From positions 224,001-288,000 of the forward strand of contig CAWJKV010000005.1 of assembly GCA_963843555.1 (NCBI GenBank): a DNA stretch of 64,000 nt, read 5' to 3'. Position 1 is the first letter of the stretch. Each line of letters opens with the position of its first letter. Below the pieces are notes generated by a model. That model had not been told where the DNA came from and did no database searches. It worked only from the letters and a program-made list of their open reading frames with translations. This document shows positions 1 through 10,312 of the stretch, piece after piece. Origin of the DNA: an uncultured Methanosarcinales archaeon (lineage in GTDB: Archaea > Halobacteriota > Methanosarcinia > Methanotrichales > Methanotrichaceae). The position numbers were made by a program, and so were the translations under genes.

Positions 1-525
1 GGATTGAGGATGCGCATAAGCCTTATGGACACAGTACGGCCCCGCATCTCCCCGCCGGGCCGGACAGGCCAGGCGTCTTGCCGCAACATACCTTCTGAAC
101 ACGCTGGCCTTGCCGCCTCTGGCAGGCTAGTACGCTCCCGGGGTGGAGCTCCCCTCTTATAAGGCATTGTTTGGCGATGGCACCGATGATCTCTATTCTC
201 TTGAACAACACCATCGTAGCACGCAGGAGCCTCCGCCTCTGGCAGGCTCGACCTCCAGGACCAGAGCTCCTCTTCTCGGCCTGCTCCTGGGCCTCAGTCT
301 GGGCTTCGAGCTGCTCAATAGCGAGATCGATCCCGGCCCTCTGTTGCCCGGAATGCTTCCAGCTGCTGTCTGAGGACATCGGAGTTCATGCTGTCTTATG
401 TGTGCTTTCTGGCAGATCAAGATGACTGTGGCACATAGGAAATTGTGTTGTTGATGATCTCGATAATCTTCTTTCTCTTGAAACAGGATCACATTTATAT
501 ACATATTTGATCTAATTTAAAGAGA

Positions 526-1395
526 ATGCCTTTTAGCCAGAACGACATCCGAGCGCTCGTCCTCATCGCCGGAGCAGAGCGAGCCCTGCATCCAGCGGAC
601 CTCTCCCTGGCCCTGAACCTTCGCCCAGAAACCCTCTCTCGAATAGTCACCAGCCTTGTAAATAAGGGCCTGTTGGAGCGAAAAGATAGAGAGATCGCTC
701 TGGCCAGGACTCCTGCCGCAGAGGCCTTCAAAAGGCTCTACTTCGCCCACCGGGCCTCTCCCTTCTCGCTACTGTTTGCAGACAGACGAATTGATCTGCT
801 CTCCCGAATAAAGAGCGAACAGAAGAGCGTCCAGGTGCTTGAGGAAGAGACAGCCATCCCGAAAAAGACGATCTACCGCTATTTAAAAAGCCTCCTACGC
901 CTGGGCGCAGTGAAGCGCACCAAAAAGGACAGGGCCTATCTCTACTCCTTGAACTAAAATCCTCTGGTCGGAGATCGAGGACTTCGTGACTGCCCTCCTG
1001 GAATACCAGGCCCTGCGTCTCGTGCCCAGATGAGGCACTGCTCATCAAGAGCTACAGGGACAGCGTGCTCTTCAAGAGCATACGCCCGCAGGACGCCACA
1101 CTTACCTCCTTTTCCGCCTACGGGGATTACGGAATCGAGCTGGGCCTGCGGGATAATTACTACACCCTGCCCAAGAGGGAGCTGTCCATCCGGGAGGTAT
1201 TCATCCACTCCCTGGACTCGGCAGGGAGTTCTCCCAGAAGCTTTTTTGCATACTGTTCTATCTGAAGAACAAAGATAAATTGGTGGACATCGATCATCCC
1301 ATGATGAAGGATCTGAAAGCAGTGCTGCAGGGCGAGAGGATCAGAGGCTATCCAACCCTGGAGGACATCGAGGACAGGACTGATCTCTATGATAT
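526..1395 (+). CDS. Winged-helix/HTH DNA-binding protein (putative antitoxin/regulator), split by several frameshifts
   Basis: ORF 526-957 has two HTH-like segments (LSRIVTSLVNKGLL; KKTIYRYLKSLLRLGAV). Coding-like sequence continues in shifted frames (1065-1265, then ...EGYPTLEDIEDRTDLYDI) up to the next ATG. End approximate. Confidence 0.6.
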
Positions 1396-2094
1396 CAAGC
1401 TCTAACCAGATCTCCAGGCGAGAGGAGATAAACGAGCTGTTCGAGCAGCTCGGCAAGGTTCTGGAGCAGAGGGTCGAGGCCCTGCTTATAGGCGGAGCCG
1501 CGATGCTGGAGCTGGGTCTCAAGGACTCCACCAAAGATATCGATGTCGTCTGCAGGAGCGAGGAAGACAAAGAGAAGCTGCTTGACTCGGCCAGAGCCCT
1601 GGGCTTCCAGATCGTAGGCCCGCAGAAGAGGCATGAGCGGCTTGGCGTCAACAGGCTGGCCGTGAAGGGCGGGCGCAATCTGGACATCTTTGCCGGGCGG
1701 ATCTCCTACGACTTCGAGCCTCTCCGAGGCCATGTGGCATAGAGCAACCAGAACCAGGTCCTTCGGCAGCCTGACGATCAGGGATGCCTCCCTGGAGGAC
1801 ATCTTCGTCATGAAGCTGATCGCCAACCGGCCGGGAGACGCTCCGGACTGCTCCAATCTTGTCTCTGCAGTACTGGACTTCGATGCGGTCTTTCGAGAGA
1901 TAGAGGCTCAGTACCGCAAGGCTGGTGAATTGGAGCAGAAGATCTGGATCACCTATATCGAAGAGGGCATAGGCCGGCTGGAAGACGAATTCAGCGCGAG
2001 TGTACCTATAGGCGACAGGATATCTGCGCTGGCGAACGAGTATCGAGAGAGTCTGTATCAGAAGCTGAAAACTGGTGAGCCGGTGGACTCATGA
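1389..2094 (+). CDS. Nucleotidyltransferase (DUF6036/AbiEii-like), one frameshift near 1715
   Basis: Pol-beta-like motif LIGGAAM...TKDIDVV, third Asp in NLDIF, and KLIANRPGD motif in the second frame (1690-2094). Confidence 0.75.
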
Positions 2095-2276
2095 CCGAGC
2101 AAAATCGTAAGTACGTAACTAAGGAGATCGGCAAGCTTCTATCCGATATCTGGCGAATAAAGGGGCTGGCAGAACAGGAGTATGGACCGCAGCACCCGAT
2201 CACCAAGAAGCTCGCCAGCATGCATGCCGATGCTCAGGAATTGCTGCAGGAAAAATCTGGAGCGCGTAATCGATAG
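2091..2276 (+). CDS. Small hypothetical protein (61 aa), translationally coupled to the nucleotidyltransferase
   Basis: ATGA overlap with the upstream stop; amphipathic helical composition. Confidence 0.55.
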   Translation: MTEQNRKYVTKEIGKLLSDIWRIKGLAEQEYGPQHPITKKLASMHADAQELLQEKSGARNR

Positions 2277-2530
2277 ATCCATAAAGTTGGCCCTCGTGCT
2301 CTCCATCACATCCGCCTGCGGCACGATCAGACAGAATCTTCTATCGCTTCCAGCACCTTCTTCGCAGCCGAGCACCTCTCCGCCCGGGAGACATCTGCTG
2401 CCATCTGCTCCAGGTACTTGACATTGATATGGCCCATTTTGAACCGGGTAACCAGGATGCCGGTCATGATGGCATCATTTTTCTTTTCAACCGCAAACTA
2501 CAAGTATCTATAACGATTATATACATAGTT

Positions 2531-3014
2531 TGCCGCTTCATGAAAAGGGTGGCGGGTGTGTCGTGGGCACAACCCGATTCCGATAATGCTCTGTTTGGCA
2601 AGGATGATTCGAGCGCAGTCCCTCATAGGGGCGCTTGCGGTCGCTTACAGATCAGATCGCTTTCCTTGTTCCAGGAGATGCATGCCGTCGTGGCAATGCA
2701 TTCGGGCTTGGGAGCCTGTGAGACTGAATCTCGGCAGCAAAAAAAGTTGCGCACTGTAACAGGTGCAGTAATCTGTCGAAAGGATTTCGCGCTAATACAC
2801 GACCGGGGCATGAAGCGGCACAAAGCCAAAGGCGAGAGGCGAGCATGAGGGCCCAGTGAGTTCGGGTTCCGGTAATTCGGACGCTGTGTCAATTCCAGCG
2901 CGATTGAAGCCTCAAGCCCGGCTTAAGTATCGTCGAGTTCCGGGCAGGGTCAGGCTATCACTTCTGTGATCGGCTCCTCCTAGAAGGGCGCTGTGGATCA
3001 GTGCTGGCCCGCCT
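2531..3014 (+). ncRNA. Putative large structured non-coding RNA of unknown family (strand tentative)
   Basis: TGCCGCTTCATG (2531-2542) is exactly complementary to CATGAAGCGGCA (2809-2820) and encloses many nested hairpins. A second multibranch domain spans 2837-3014. G-U-compatible pairs read on the + strand. No convincing ORF. Confidence 0.55.
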
Positions 3015-3171
3015 GAGAATCGATTTATGCTGTATAGCATATCAGGGAAAGTCGATAGACTATTTTCTCCCTCTTTATGATCGAAAATATTATGATCAAG
3101 TCAACAGATCAATTTAATGTACCGCAATATCTCAATATAGATATCCGGCCTAATGGCAAGGGAGAAATATC

Positions 3172-4197
3172 ATGAATTTACGAGCAATCTTGATGTGCCT
3201 GCTCATCCAGGTTATTTTATCGAATCCAGTTTATTCTCAAATTCTCCATGCGGAGATGAATGGAGATGACGGAATTTTTCAGTTGACTGACAACGACTCT
3301 AATCTGTCATCTAATGATACCAAATCTATTACACCGTTAATTGCAAAGATCAATCAATCTGTTCTTGGTGAAATTAGGATAGAACCAAATAAAACTCCGT
3401 ACACACGCATCTCTAATTATTCTGTTAAAATTCCTCCAAATGGCGATCCAGCGGACATATATTATCCTGATCAATCAGATACTGAAAAGAAAATTAATAA
3501 ATTTCCCTTTGCGCTTCTCTTGCAGGGTGCCAATGTTGATAAATCCTTCTATTCAGGTTTTGCACGAGAGGTCGCTGGTTTTGGATTTATTGTTGTTGTT
3601 CCCAATCACAAATCCACAATGATCATAACTACAGGGCTATATGCAGAGGAAGATGAGGTCAATGATGTCTTGACATTTATGGAATCCGAGAATACAAGAG
3701 CTAGTTCGCCGCTAAATCAAAAAATTGATACAAACACCATGGTCCTCCTTGGACACTCGTATGGTGGAGCGGCTTCCCTTTATGCAATTCAGGGCAGCTG
3801 TCAGTTTCCCTTCTGCATTGGATTTGGCTATAACAGACCGGATGCTCTTAAAGGTGGCGCTTTTTATGGGACGAACTTGAAAGGGCCAATAGGTCCAATA
3901 CCTTTACTGGACAATCATGGATTAGCAATATGCCTGATCCAAGGCAGCAGGGATGAATTAGCAACCCCCGCGGAAACTGAAGAGACTTATAATAATATAA
4001 AAGATCATCCTAAGGCTTATGTCACTATACAGGGTGCAAACCACTATGGCATAACAGATGTGAACAATCCAACCGGTGCAAAACCGGATAAAAATATCCC
4101 ATTGATCTCCCAGCAAGAGTCTGTCGAAAGGATAGGTAAAGAGGCGGCATTGTTTTTGCGCCATTTTTGCCTTGGCGATAATAGTAGCCTGGACTGA
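3172..4197 (+). CDS. Secreted alpha/beta hydrolase (chlorophyllase/cutinase/dienelactone hydrolase-like)
   Basis: N-terminal signal peptide; nucleophile elbow GHSYGG; putative Asp (GSRDELA) and His (GANHYG); AT-rich relative to neighbours. Confidence 0.8.
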   Translation: MNLRAILMCLLIQVILSNPVYSQILHAEMNGDDGIFQLTDNDSNLSSNDTKSITPLIAKINQSVLGEIRIEPNKTPYTRISNYSVKIPPNGDPADIYYPDQSDTEKKINKFPFALLLQGANVDKSFYSGFAREVAGFGFIVVVPNHKSTMIITTGLYAEEDEVNDVLTFMESENTRASSPLNQKIDTNTMVLLGHSYGGAASLYAIQGSCQFPFCIGFGYNRPDALKGGAFYGTNLKGPIGPIPLLDNHGLAICLIQGSRDELATPAETEETYNNIKDHPKAYVTIQGANHYGITDVNNPTGAKPDKNIPLISQQESVERIGKEAALFLRHFCLGDNSSLD

Positions 4198-4403
4198 ACT
4201 TACTACTAGCCCCAGCTCTTTTGCCTTGGCAAATGCAGAATCTGCTTAGGGAGTCCTTCCGACCTGGATAGTGATACTCTTAAATAAAAATAAATTTATG
4301 CATGATTATTTATAGCAATATTTGGAGAAAGGACAACCTTTATATGATAATATTGGTAATCTGCCAATAATATGGAGAAAATCCAGGAGAATACGAGATA
4401 AAT

Positions 4404-4862
4404 ATGGGCAATAGCTTGGACCTCGATGAAGTGGATAGGACCATTCTTCGCAGCCTCCGGCAGAACGCACGCATGAGCCTGCAGGAGATGTCGCGAAAAT
4501 CAGGAATCTCCGACGCGACACTTCAATTCCGGCTGAAACGCATGAAGGCCAATGGGGTCATTGAGCAGTTCACCATCACCGCCAATCCGGCAGCGACAGG
4601 TTACACTGTAACTGCCATTATGCTGGTGCAGACGGATGCAGAGAGGCACGACAATGCAATACGGGCTCTCGCGAAGATACCTGAGATAACCGAGGTCTAT
4701 GGTGTGCTGGGCGAGTACGATCTCTTCGTCAAGGTCTGGTCCCGGAGCCTTGAGGAGCTAAATAGCACCATCAACGATCAAATCCGGTCGATAGATGGCA
4801 TTGAAGACCTCCTCGAGATCGTAGTTGTGGAGCGAGTTAAAGAAGAAACTCCTCCGATCTAG
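4404..4862 (+). CDS. Lrp/AsnC family transcriptional regulator
   Basis: LDEVDRTILRSLRQNARMS HTH and C-terminal EVYGVLGEYDLFVKV RAM domain. Confidence 0.93.
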   Translation: MGNSLDLDEVDRTILRSLRQNARMSLQEMSRKSGISDATLQFRLKRMKANGVIEQFTITANPAATGYTVTAIMLVQTDAERHDNAIRALAKIPEITEVYGVLGEYDLFVKVWSRSLEELNSTINDQIRSIDGIEDLLEIVVVERVKEETPPI

Positions 4863-4885
4863 AAGTTAAAGTTTAGAGGTCATGG

Positions 4886-6245
4886 ATGCGTCCATTCAAG
4901 AACATCACTGAGAAGATCAAGGCGCCGGGCCCTTTATGGGTCAAAGGAGCTTCTGCAAACGGCACAAATAGCGTAAGCTTCTTCAGCCAGTTGCAGGGCA
5001 AGAAGATCGTGGATAAAGAAGGTAATGCTGTGGGAAAGCTCACCGACCTGTCTCTGATGCCGGGTGAGATGCTGCTGGAGATCTCTCGCATAGTCTATAC
5101 CTCCAACATCCTGGGCGAAAAGGTCATATTGCCCATTGTCCAGCGTAAGCTCCATCAATGACGATATCCGGCTGGATCTGGCCAGAGACGAGATACCACC
5201 GGGAAAGCTCTCCCTGCAGGAGCTCCTGATAACAGAGACCATTTTAGATCGTCAGATCGTGGATATTGACGGCCTGAAAGTGGTGCGGGTCAATGACGTT
5301 CTTCTGGCCCAGGTAAAGAGGTCTCTCAGCGTGGTGGCAGTGGACGTCGGCTTTAAGGGAATACTGAGAAGGTTAGGGTTTTCCGGGCTATCTCATCACC
5401 TATTGGATCGGCTACCCAATCAGATTATACCCTGGTCTTACATCGATCCACTTGACCCCAGTCTAAGAAGCCTTCATCTCAAGATCTCAAGAAAGACCAT
5501 CAATGATCTGCATCCTGCCGATATCGCCGACATTCTCGAAGACCTGAACAACAAAGATCGGCTTCTCATCCTCGATTCCCTGGGCGACGAGACGGCAGCC
5601 GAGACAATGGAAGAGATGGATCCAGAGGTTCAGGCAACTATGGTGAAGCAGATGGAAAGCGATGATGTGGCAGACATACTGGAGAATATGAATCCTGATG
5701 ATGCCGCGGACCTGCTGGGAATAATGCCGGAGAAGAAAGCCTCTGAGGTTCTTAACCTCATGGATGAAGAAGAGGCAAAGGAAGTCCAGGAGTTGATGAG
5801 GTACAGTGATCGGTCTGCCGGAAGCCTCATGACCACAGAATATATCGCTATTCTCGGGCACTGCAGTGTATCTGACATCTTTTCTAAACTTCGGAGGTTA
5901 GGGCAGGAGATAGATATGATCTACTACATCTATGTCCAAAATGATGAGGGCCAGATCCTGGGTGTCATGTCCCTGCGCGATCTTCTTCTGGCCGATCCCG
6001 TACAACTGGCATCAGATGTCATGAAGAAAGAGGTCTTGAGCGTCCTTCCCACTGCGACCATAGAAGAGGTCACAAACCTTTTGTCCAAATACGACTTCCT
6101 CTGCGTCCCGGTTGTGGATAATGACGGCAATATCCTGGGGATTGTGACCTTTGACGATGCCCTGGACGACATCATTCCGGAGGACATCAGGAAGAACATG
6201 CCCTGGAACTACCATAAACTGCGCCGGGTAAGAGGAATGGCCTGA
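4886..6245 (+). CDS. MgtE intracellular-domain protein (PRC-barrel + MgtE_N + CBS pair), frameshift near 5140
   Basis: PRC-like repeats (KIVDKEGNAVGKLTDL; QIVDIDGLKVVRVND), LHPADIADILE, DDAADLL, SAGSLMTTEY, CBS pair; no TM domain. Confidence 0.85.
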
Positions 6246-7516
6246 TGGATTTCCATCCCCTGCAGGGACTGAATCTAAGAAGCAGAATGACCCAACTGGC
6301 GATCTTCTTCAGTGTTCTTGGGCCGGGAATAATCACCGCCAATGTGGACAACGATGCAGGCGGCATTACAACTTACAGCATCGCTGGGGCTATTTTCGGG
6401 TACTCTCTTTTGTGGACACTCATACCCATCACCGCTGCCCTCTTTGTAGTGCAGGAGATGTGCGCGCGAATGGGTGTGGTCACGGGCAAGGGTCTGGCTG
6501 ATCTCATCAGAGAATACTTTGGAGTCAGGCCGACAGTGATATTGCTCATAGGAATGATCATCGCCAATCTTGGTACCACTACAGCAGAGTTTGCCGGGGT
6601 CGCAGCAAGCATGGAGATCTTCGGCGTGAGCAAATATATCTCAGTTCCTATAGCCGCCGCCCTGGTCTGGTTGATTGTTGTCAGAGGCAACCGTCGCTTC
6701 CTGGAGAAGATATTTCTTATCGCCAGTTCCATTTTTATTACCTATATCATCTCCGGAGTAATGCTAAAACCGGACTGGAAGTTTATTCTCACTCAAACGG
6801 CAACTCCGAGCGTGAGCCTGGAATCCGGATATCTTTATATGGTGATAGCACTTGTGGGAACGACTATCACCCCCTGGATGCAATTCTACCTGCAATCCAC
6901 CATTGTGGAAAAAGGAATTAAATTATCTGAATATAAATATACGAAATGGGATGTCTATGTCGGATGCATAATCACCGGCCTGGTTTCCTATTTTATAATA
7001 TTGACCTGTGCCTCGACCATCTTTGCCCAGGGCATAAGGATCGAGACGGCGAAAGATGCAGCTCTTGCACTCTTTCCCCTGGTGGGCAGCTACTCAGCCG
7101 GGCTCTTCGCCTTCGGCCTTCTCAATGCGTCTCTCTTTGCCGCCTCCATACTGCCCTTATCAACGGCCTATTTCATTTGTGAGGGGATGGGCTGGGATTC
7201 CGGATTGAATAAGAGATTCTGGGATGCACCCCAGTTCTACATATTCTACACTCTGCTCATCGCCGCCGGCGCCATTTTCATACTGATACCGGAGGTGCCA
7301 CTGTTAACGATAATGTTGCTGTCACAGGTGATAAATGGATCTCTTCTGCCATTGGTGCTGTTGTTCATGCTCATTCTGATCAATAACAAGAAGCTGATGG
7401 GAAAATACACCAATAGCAAATTCCTTAATATCATCGCCTGGTCCACCACCATCATCATGAGTATCTTAACTGCGTTGCTGGTGGTGACGACTCTGTTTCC
7501 AGGTCTGGGAAAATGA
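6245..7516 (+). CDS. Nramp-family divalent metal transporter, Mg2+-type (NrmT-like)
   Basis: GPGIITANVDNDAGGITTYS, QEMCARMGVVTGKGL, GTTITPWM; many TM helices. Confidence 0.9.
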   Translation: MDFHPLQGLNLRSRMTQLAIFFSVLGPGIITANVDNDAGGITTYSIAGAIFGYSLLWTLIPITAALFVVQEMCARMGVVTGKGLADLIREYFGVRPTVILLIGMIIANLGTTTAEFAGVAASMEIFGVSKYISVPIAAALVWLIVVRGNRRFLEKIFLIASSIFITYIISGVMLKPDWKFILTQTATPSVSLESGYLYMVIALVGTTITPWMQFYLQSTIVEKGIKLSEYKYTKWDVYVGCIITGLVSYFIILTCASTIFAQGIRIETAKDAALALFPLVGSYSAGLFAFGLLNASLFAASILPLSTAYFICEGMGWDSGLNKRFWDAPQFYIFYTLLIAAGAIFILIPEVPLLTIMLLSQVINGSLLPLVLLFMLILINNKKLMGKYTNSKFLNIIAWSTTIIMSILTALLVVTTLFPGLGK

Positions 7517-7572
7517 GGGCATAGGCCCGAAGAGGCATTTGGAAAAAATGTGAAAAAATCGGAGGAAATAGA

Positions 7573-8679
7573 TTGAAGCGATCCAGCAAAGAGGCACGTA
7601 CATCAGATCGCCCTAGCACTCACCATCATGGCACTGAGCTACTTGACACAATTCTGCCTCCTGGCAGCCAGGTGCCGCCGGATAAGACGAAGATCACAGT
7701 CATAGTCTATGACGAGACTCATTTTCATGAGACCGAGGCGAAATCGGTCGAAGAATGCTTTATATTTAAGGCCGATCCCTCTGTGACCTGGATAAACATA
7801 GACTGCCTGCGGCAGATGGATATTCTGGAAAAGCTCAGTAAATGTTATGGATTTCACCCCCTGGTTCTGGAAGATATACTGACCGATCAGCGTCCCAAGA
7901 TCGAAGACTACGACGACTATATCTTCATCGTGCTCAAGATGCTCTACTACGATGAAGAAGGGGATGACGTGCCCGACGACTCCAAGCTCGACATGGATCA
8001 GGTCAGCATAATCCTCGGCAAGAATTTTATAATCTCTTTCAAGGAGAAGGATGTCGATGTGTTCAATCCGCTCCGGGAGAGGCTCCGGACGGCCAAAGGA
8101 AAAATTCGAAAGCAAGGAGCCGATTATCTCGCTTATTCCATGATGGACTCAATTGTAGACCACTATTTCGTGATCATGGAGAAGCTGGGCGACCGCTTCG
8201 AGAAGCTGGAGGATGCAGTGGTGTCTAATCCAGAGCCCGGCATTCTTCCTACCATATACAATTTGAAAAGAGATATGCTGTACTTGCGAAAATCTGTCTG
8301 GCCACTGCGTGAAGCAATAAGCAAAATGCAGAGGACGGATTCGCCCCTGGTCTCAGAGGCTACAAAGATCTATTTGCGTGATGTTTATGACCATACCATC
8401 CAGGTGATTGAGAATATTGAGACCTTCCGGGATATGTCCTCCTCATTGCTGGAGACCTATCTCTCGAGCCTGAGCAATAGGCTCAACGAGGTGATTAAGC
8501 TATTGACCATCATCTCCACCATATTCATACCCCTCACTTTTCTGGCAGGGGTCTATGGAATGAATTTCAGGTATATGCCGGAGCTGGAGTCTATATGGGG
8601 CTATCCTGCGGTCCTTGTGCTGATGCTACTTGTTGTGGTCACCATGTTGACCTATTTTTGGCGAAAGAAATGGATTTAG
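7573..8679 (+). CDS. corA: CorA magnesium/cobalt transporter
   Basis: HPLVLEDIL, QRPKIEDY, YLRDVYDH and the YGMNF signature with two C-terminal TM helices. Confidence 0.95.
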   Translation: MKRSSKEARTSDRPSTHHHGTELLDTILPPGSQVPPDKTKITVIVYDETHFHETEAKSVEECFIFKADPSVTWINIDCLRQMDILEKLSKCYGFHPLVLEDILTDQRPKIEDYDDYIFIVLKMLYYDEEGDDVPDDSKLDMDQVSIILGKNFIISFKEKDVDVFNPLRERLRTAKGKIRKQGADYLAYSMMDSIVDHYFVIMEKLGDRFEKLEDAVVSNPEPGILPTIYNLKRDMLYLRKSVWPLREAISKMQRTDSPLVSEATKIYLRDVYDHTIQVIENIETFRDMSSSLLETYLSSLSNRLNEVIKLLTIISTIFIPLTFLAGVYGMNFRYMPELESIWGYPAVLVLMLLVVVTMLTYFWRKKWI

Positions 8680-9710
8680 GTGGATTGATTTAGTCCATTA
8701 AGGATATTCTCGTAGCGCTGTACAATTCTCTCCACGATATCCATATCGTAAGGCTGGTGGGCAGGCACCTGGATCTCCGCCTCCAATTGCGCTGAATCCG
8801 GTGCCGCTCTGAGGCCGTCCTCCTGCACCTTCAGCCGAAGGTCGCGGGCGATCTCCTCGATCATGGGGGTCAGCGGCTTGATGGCTCTGGCCGTCTTTGC
8901 CTTTTTCCGGAATCTCTTCAGCAGGGAGTCCACTTCCGCGGCCAGGGGCTCGACATCCCCGCAGCCGGCAGACTGGACTATCGTCTCTGAGCTCTCTTTA
9001 AGTTGAGAAAGCGTGCGGACGCTGGCCTCCAGTATCTCTCCCGAGTAGTTCATCCGAACCCGCTCCGCGTAGCCGGGGGCAAGAACCAGGAGATCGATCT
9101 CTTTTAGCCGGCACTGGTCCTCTGCTTCGGGTTTGTAGGGATTTACCACTATGAAGTCCAGGCCCAGACGCAGAGCCAGGCTCTCATACATGGGGGAGAC
9201 GCCCACCAGCTTCTTTTCCTGGAGGAGGGCTCGCCTGACTGCCTCCGGATTGCAGGAGTTGATGCCGAAGTAATCGGCAAAGCCGCGAGTGGTGGTGAGG
9301 AGCTTGGTACGACTCTGCCGGACGGCATTTATGAGGCCCCTTTTCTCCAGCTCTTTCACGTGGTCGTAGCTCTTGTTGCCCCTGATCTCGACCAGATCGC
9401 TCTGCTTGATGGGCTGTTTATAGGCGATGATGGCCAGAGTCCTGATGAGCGGCGCTTCAATCTCTTTGGGGGCAAAAGACAGAACCCGGCCGGCCAGGCC
9501 GAAGCGAACCTGCATCGAATAACCCTCGCCGATGTTCTTGATCTCTATGCCTGAATCGCGATTGGCATACTCACTCGCCAGGTCATCCGCCGCGGCGCGA
9601 GCTCGCTCCTCGGAGATGCCGGAGAGATCGGCCAGCTCCTTTGGGGTGAGCGTCCTGCCCGCAGCAAAGAGGGCGGCTTCGATAACGGCTTTGGCGTTGG
9701 AATCCATCAT
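8676..9710 (-). CDS. scpB: Segregation and condensation protein B with ~180-aa C-terminal extension
   Basis: IEAALFAAG, TLAIIAYKQPIKQSDLVEIRG, TTRGFADYFG. Confidence 0.9.
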   Translation of the reverse strand: MMDSNAKAVIEAALFAAGRTLTPKELADLSGISEERARAAADDLASEYANRDSGIEIKNIGEGYSMQVRFGLAGRVLSFAPKEIEAPLIRTLAIIAYKQPIKQSDLVEIRGNKSYDHVKELEKRGLINAVRQSRTKLLTTTRGFADYFGINSCNPEAVRRALLQEKKLVGVSPMYESLALRLGLDFIVVNPYKPEAEDQCRLKEIDLLVLAPGYAERVRMNYSGEILEASVRTLSQLKESSETIVQSAGCGDVEPLAAEVDSLLKRFRKKAKTARAIKPLTPMIEEIARDLRLKVQEDGLRAAPDSAQLEAEIQVPAHQPYDMDIVERIVQRYENILNGLNQST

Positions 9711-9792
9711 CAGATAACCTGGAAGCTATCTTCATCCGGAGAGGTTTAAGCTTGCGCTAGGGTCGGCCATTTCAAAAAAATTATGTCCTTGA

Positions 9793-10023
9793 CTATTTTT
9801 GACACCTGGTTGCTAAGAGCGTTACTCCGGTGACACCTGGAACTTTTGCAAATTCGAGGAAGGCACTGTTAAGGTAAACAGTATCGTCCGCAGCAATATG
9901 CAGAACCACACCGAACCCATAAGCGTTTCCGACCACCAATTGTTTAGCGTTCCCCAGGGAAAGGCTCCTTAGAGTTTCCACACTCACGTTTTGTCCTTCA
10001 ATCAAAACCAAACTTAGTATCAT
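9793..10023 (-). CDS. Small hypothetical protein (possible ferredoxin-like/RAM fold)
   Basis: 76-aa ORF MILSLVLIEG...FAKVPGVTGVTLL with GGTGG SD-like sequence upstream. Confidence 0.6.
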   Translation of the reverse strand: MILSLVLIEGQNVSVETLRSLSLGNAKQLVVGNAYGFGVVLHIAADDTVYLNSAFLEFAKVPGVTGVTLLATRCQK

Positions 10024-10312
10024 ATTTCCACCTACCAGTATCTTCAATAGCTTGGAATAACACAAGCTCATCGGCACGCTTCCGCGTGTCTACTGAGCGA
10101 TTTAATAGGTTGTTTCACTGAGGTTCTACAAATCCAATATTCACTTTGAGCTATTTTAGTTTATTCCTAATCTCCAGCCAATGGAAGCGTTATCCCATCT
10201 TGCACCATATTTTCGTTCTATTGGATGTGATAATAGCTTCTGAAGTCCTTTCAAAAGCCTGTGTGATCAAAAGAATCATTTAATTTTTAATTATGTTTTT
10301 TTTTGAAAATCC

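Noticed and set aside
23..504. ORFs at the window start and a 16-bp direct repeat CCGCCTCTGGCAGGCT (~113 and ~233)
   Set aside because: Only two copies and no assignable protein; probably degraded sequence cut by the window edge.
2531..2820. MITE bounded by 12-bp terminal inverted repeats
   Set aside because: No target-site duplication, and the pairing continues internally and beyond 2820. Not fully excluded without a copy-number search.
2429..2892. ORFs 2429-2848, 2556-2759 and 2623-2892 as real genes
   Set aside because: No recognisable motifs, odd composition, and they overlap a heavily base-paired region better explained as RNA.
2531..3014. RNase P RNA, SRP RNA or group II intron
   Set aside because: I could not find the RNase P GAGGAAAGUCC-type motif, the SRP helix 8 motif or a group II domain V on either strand.
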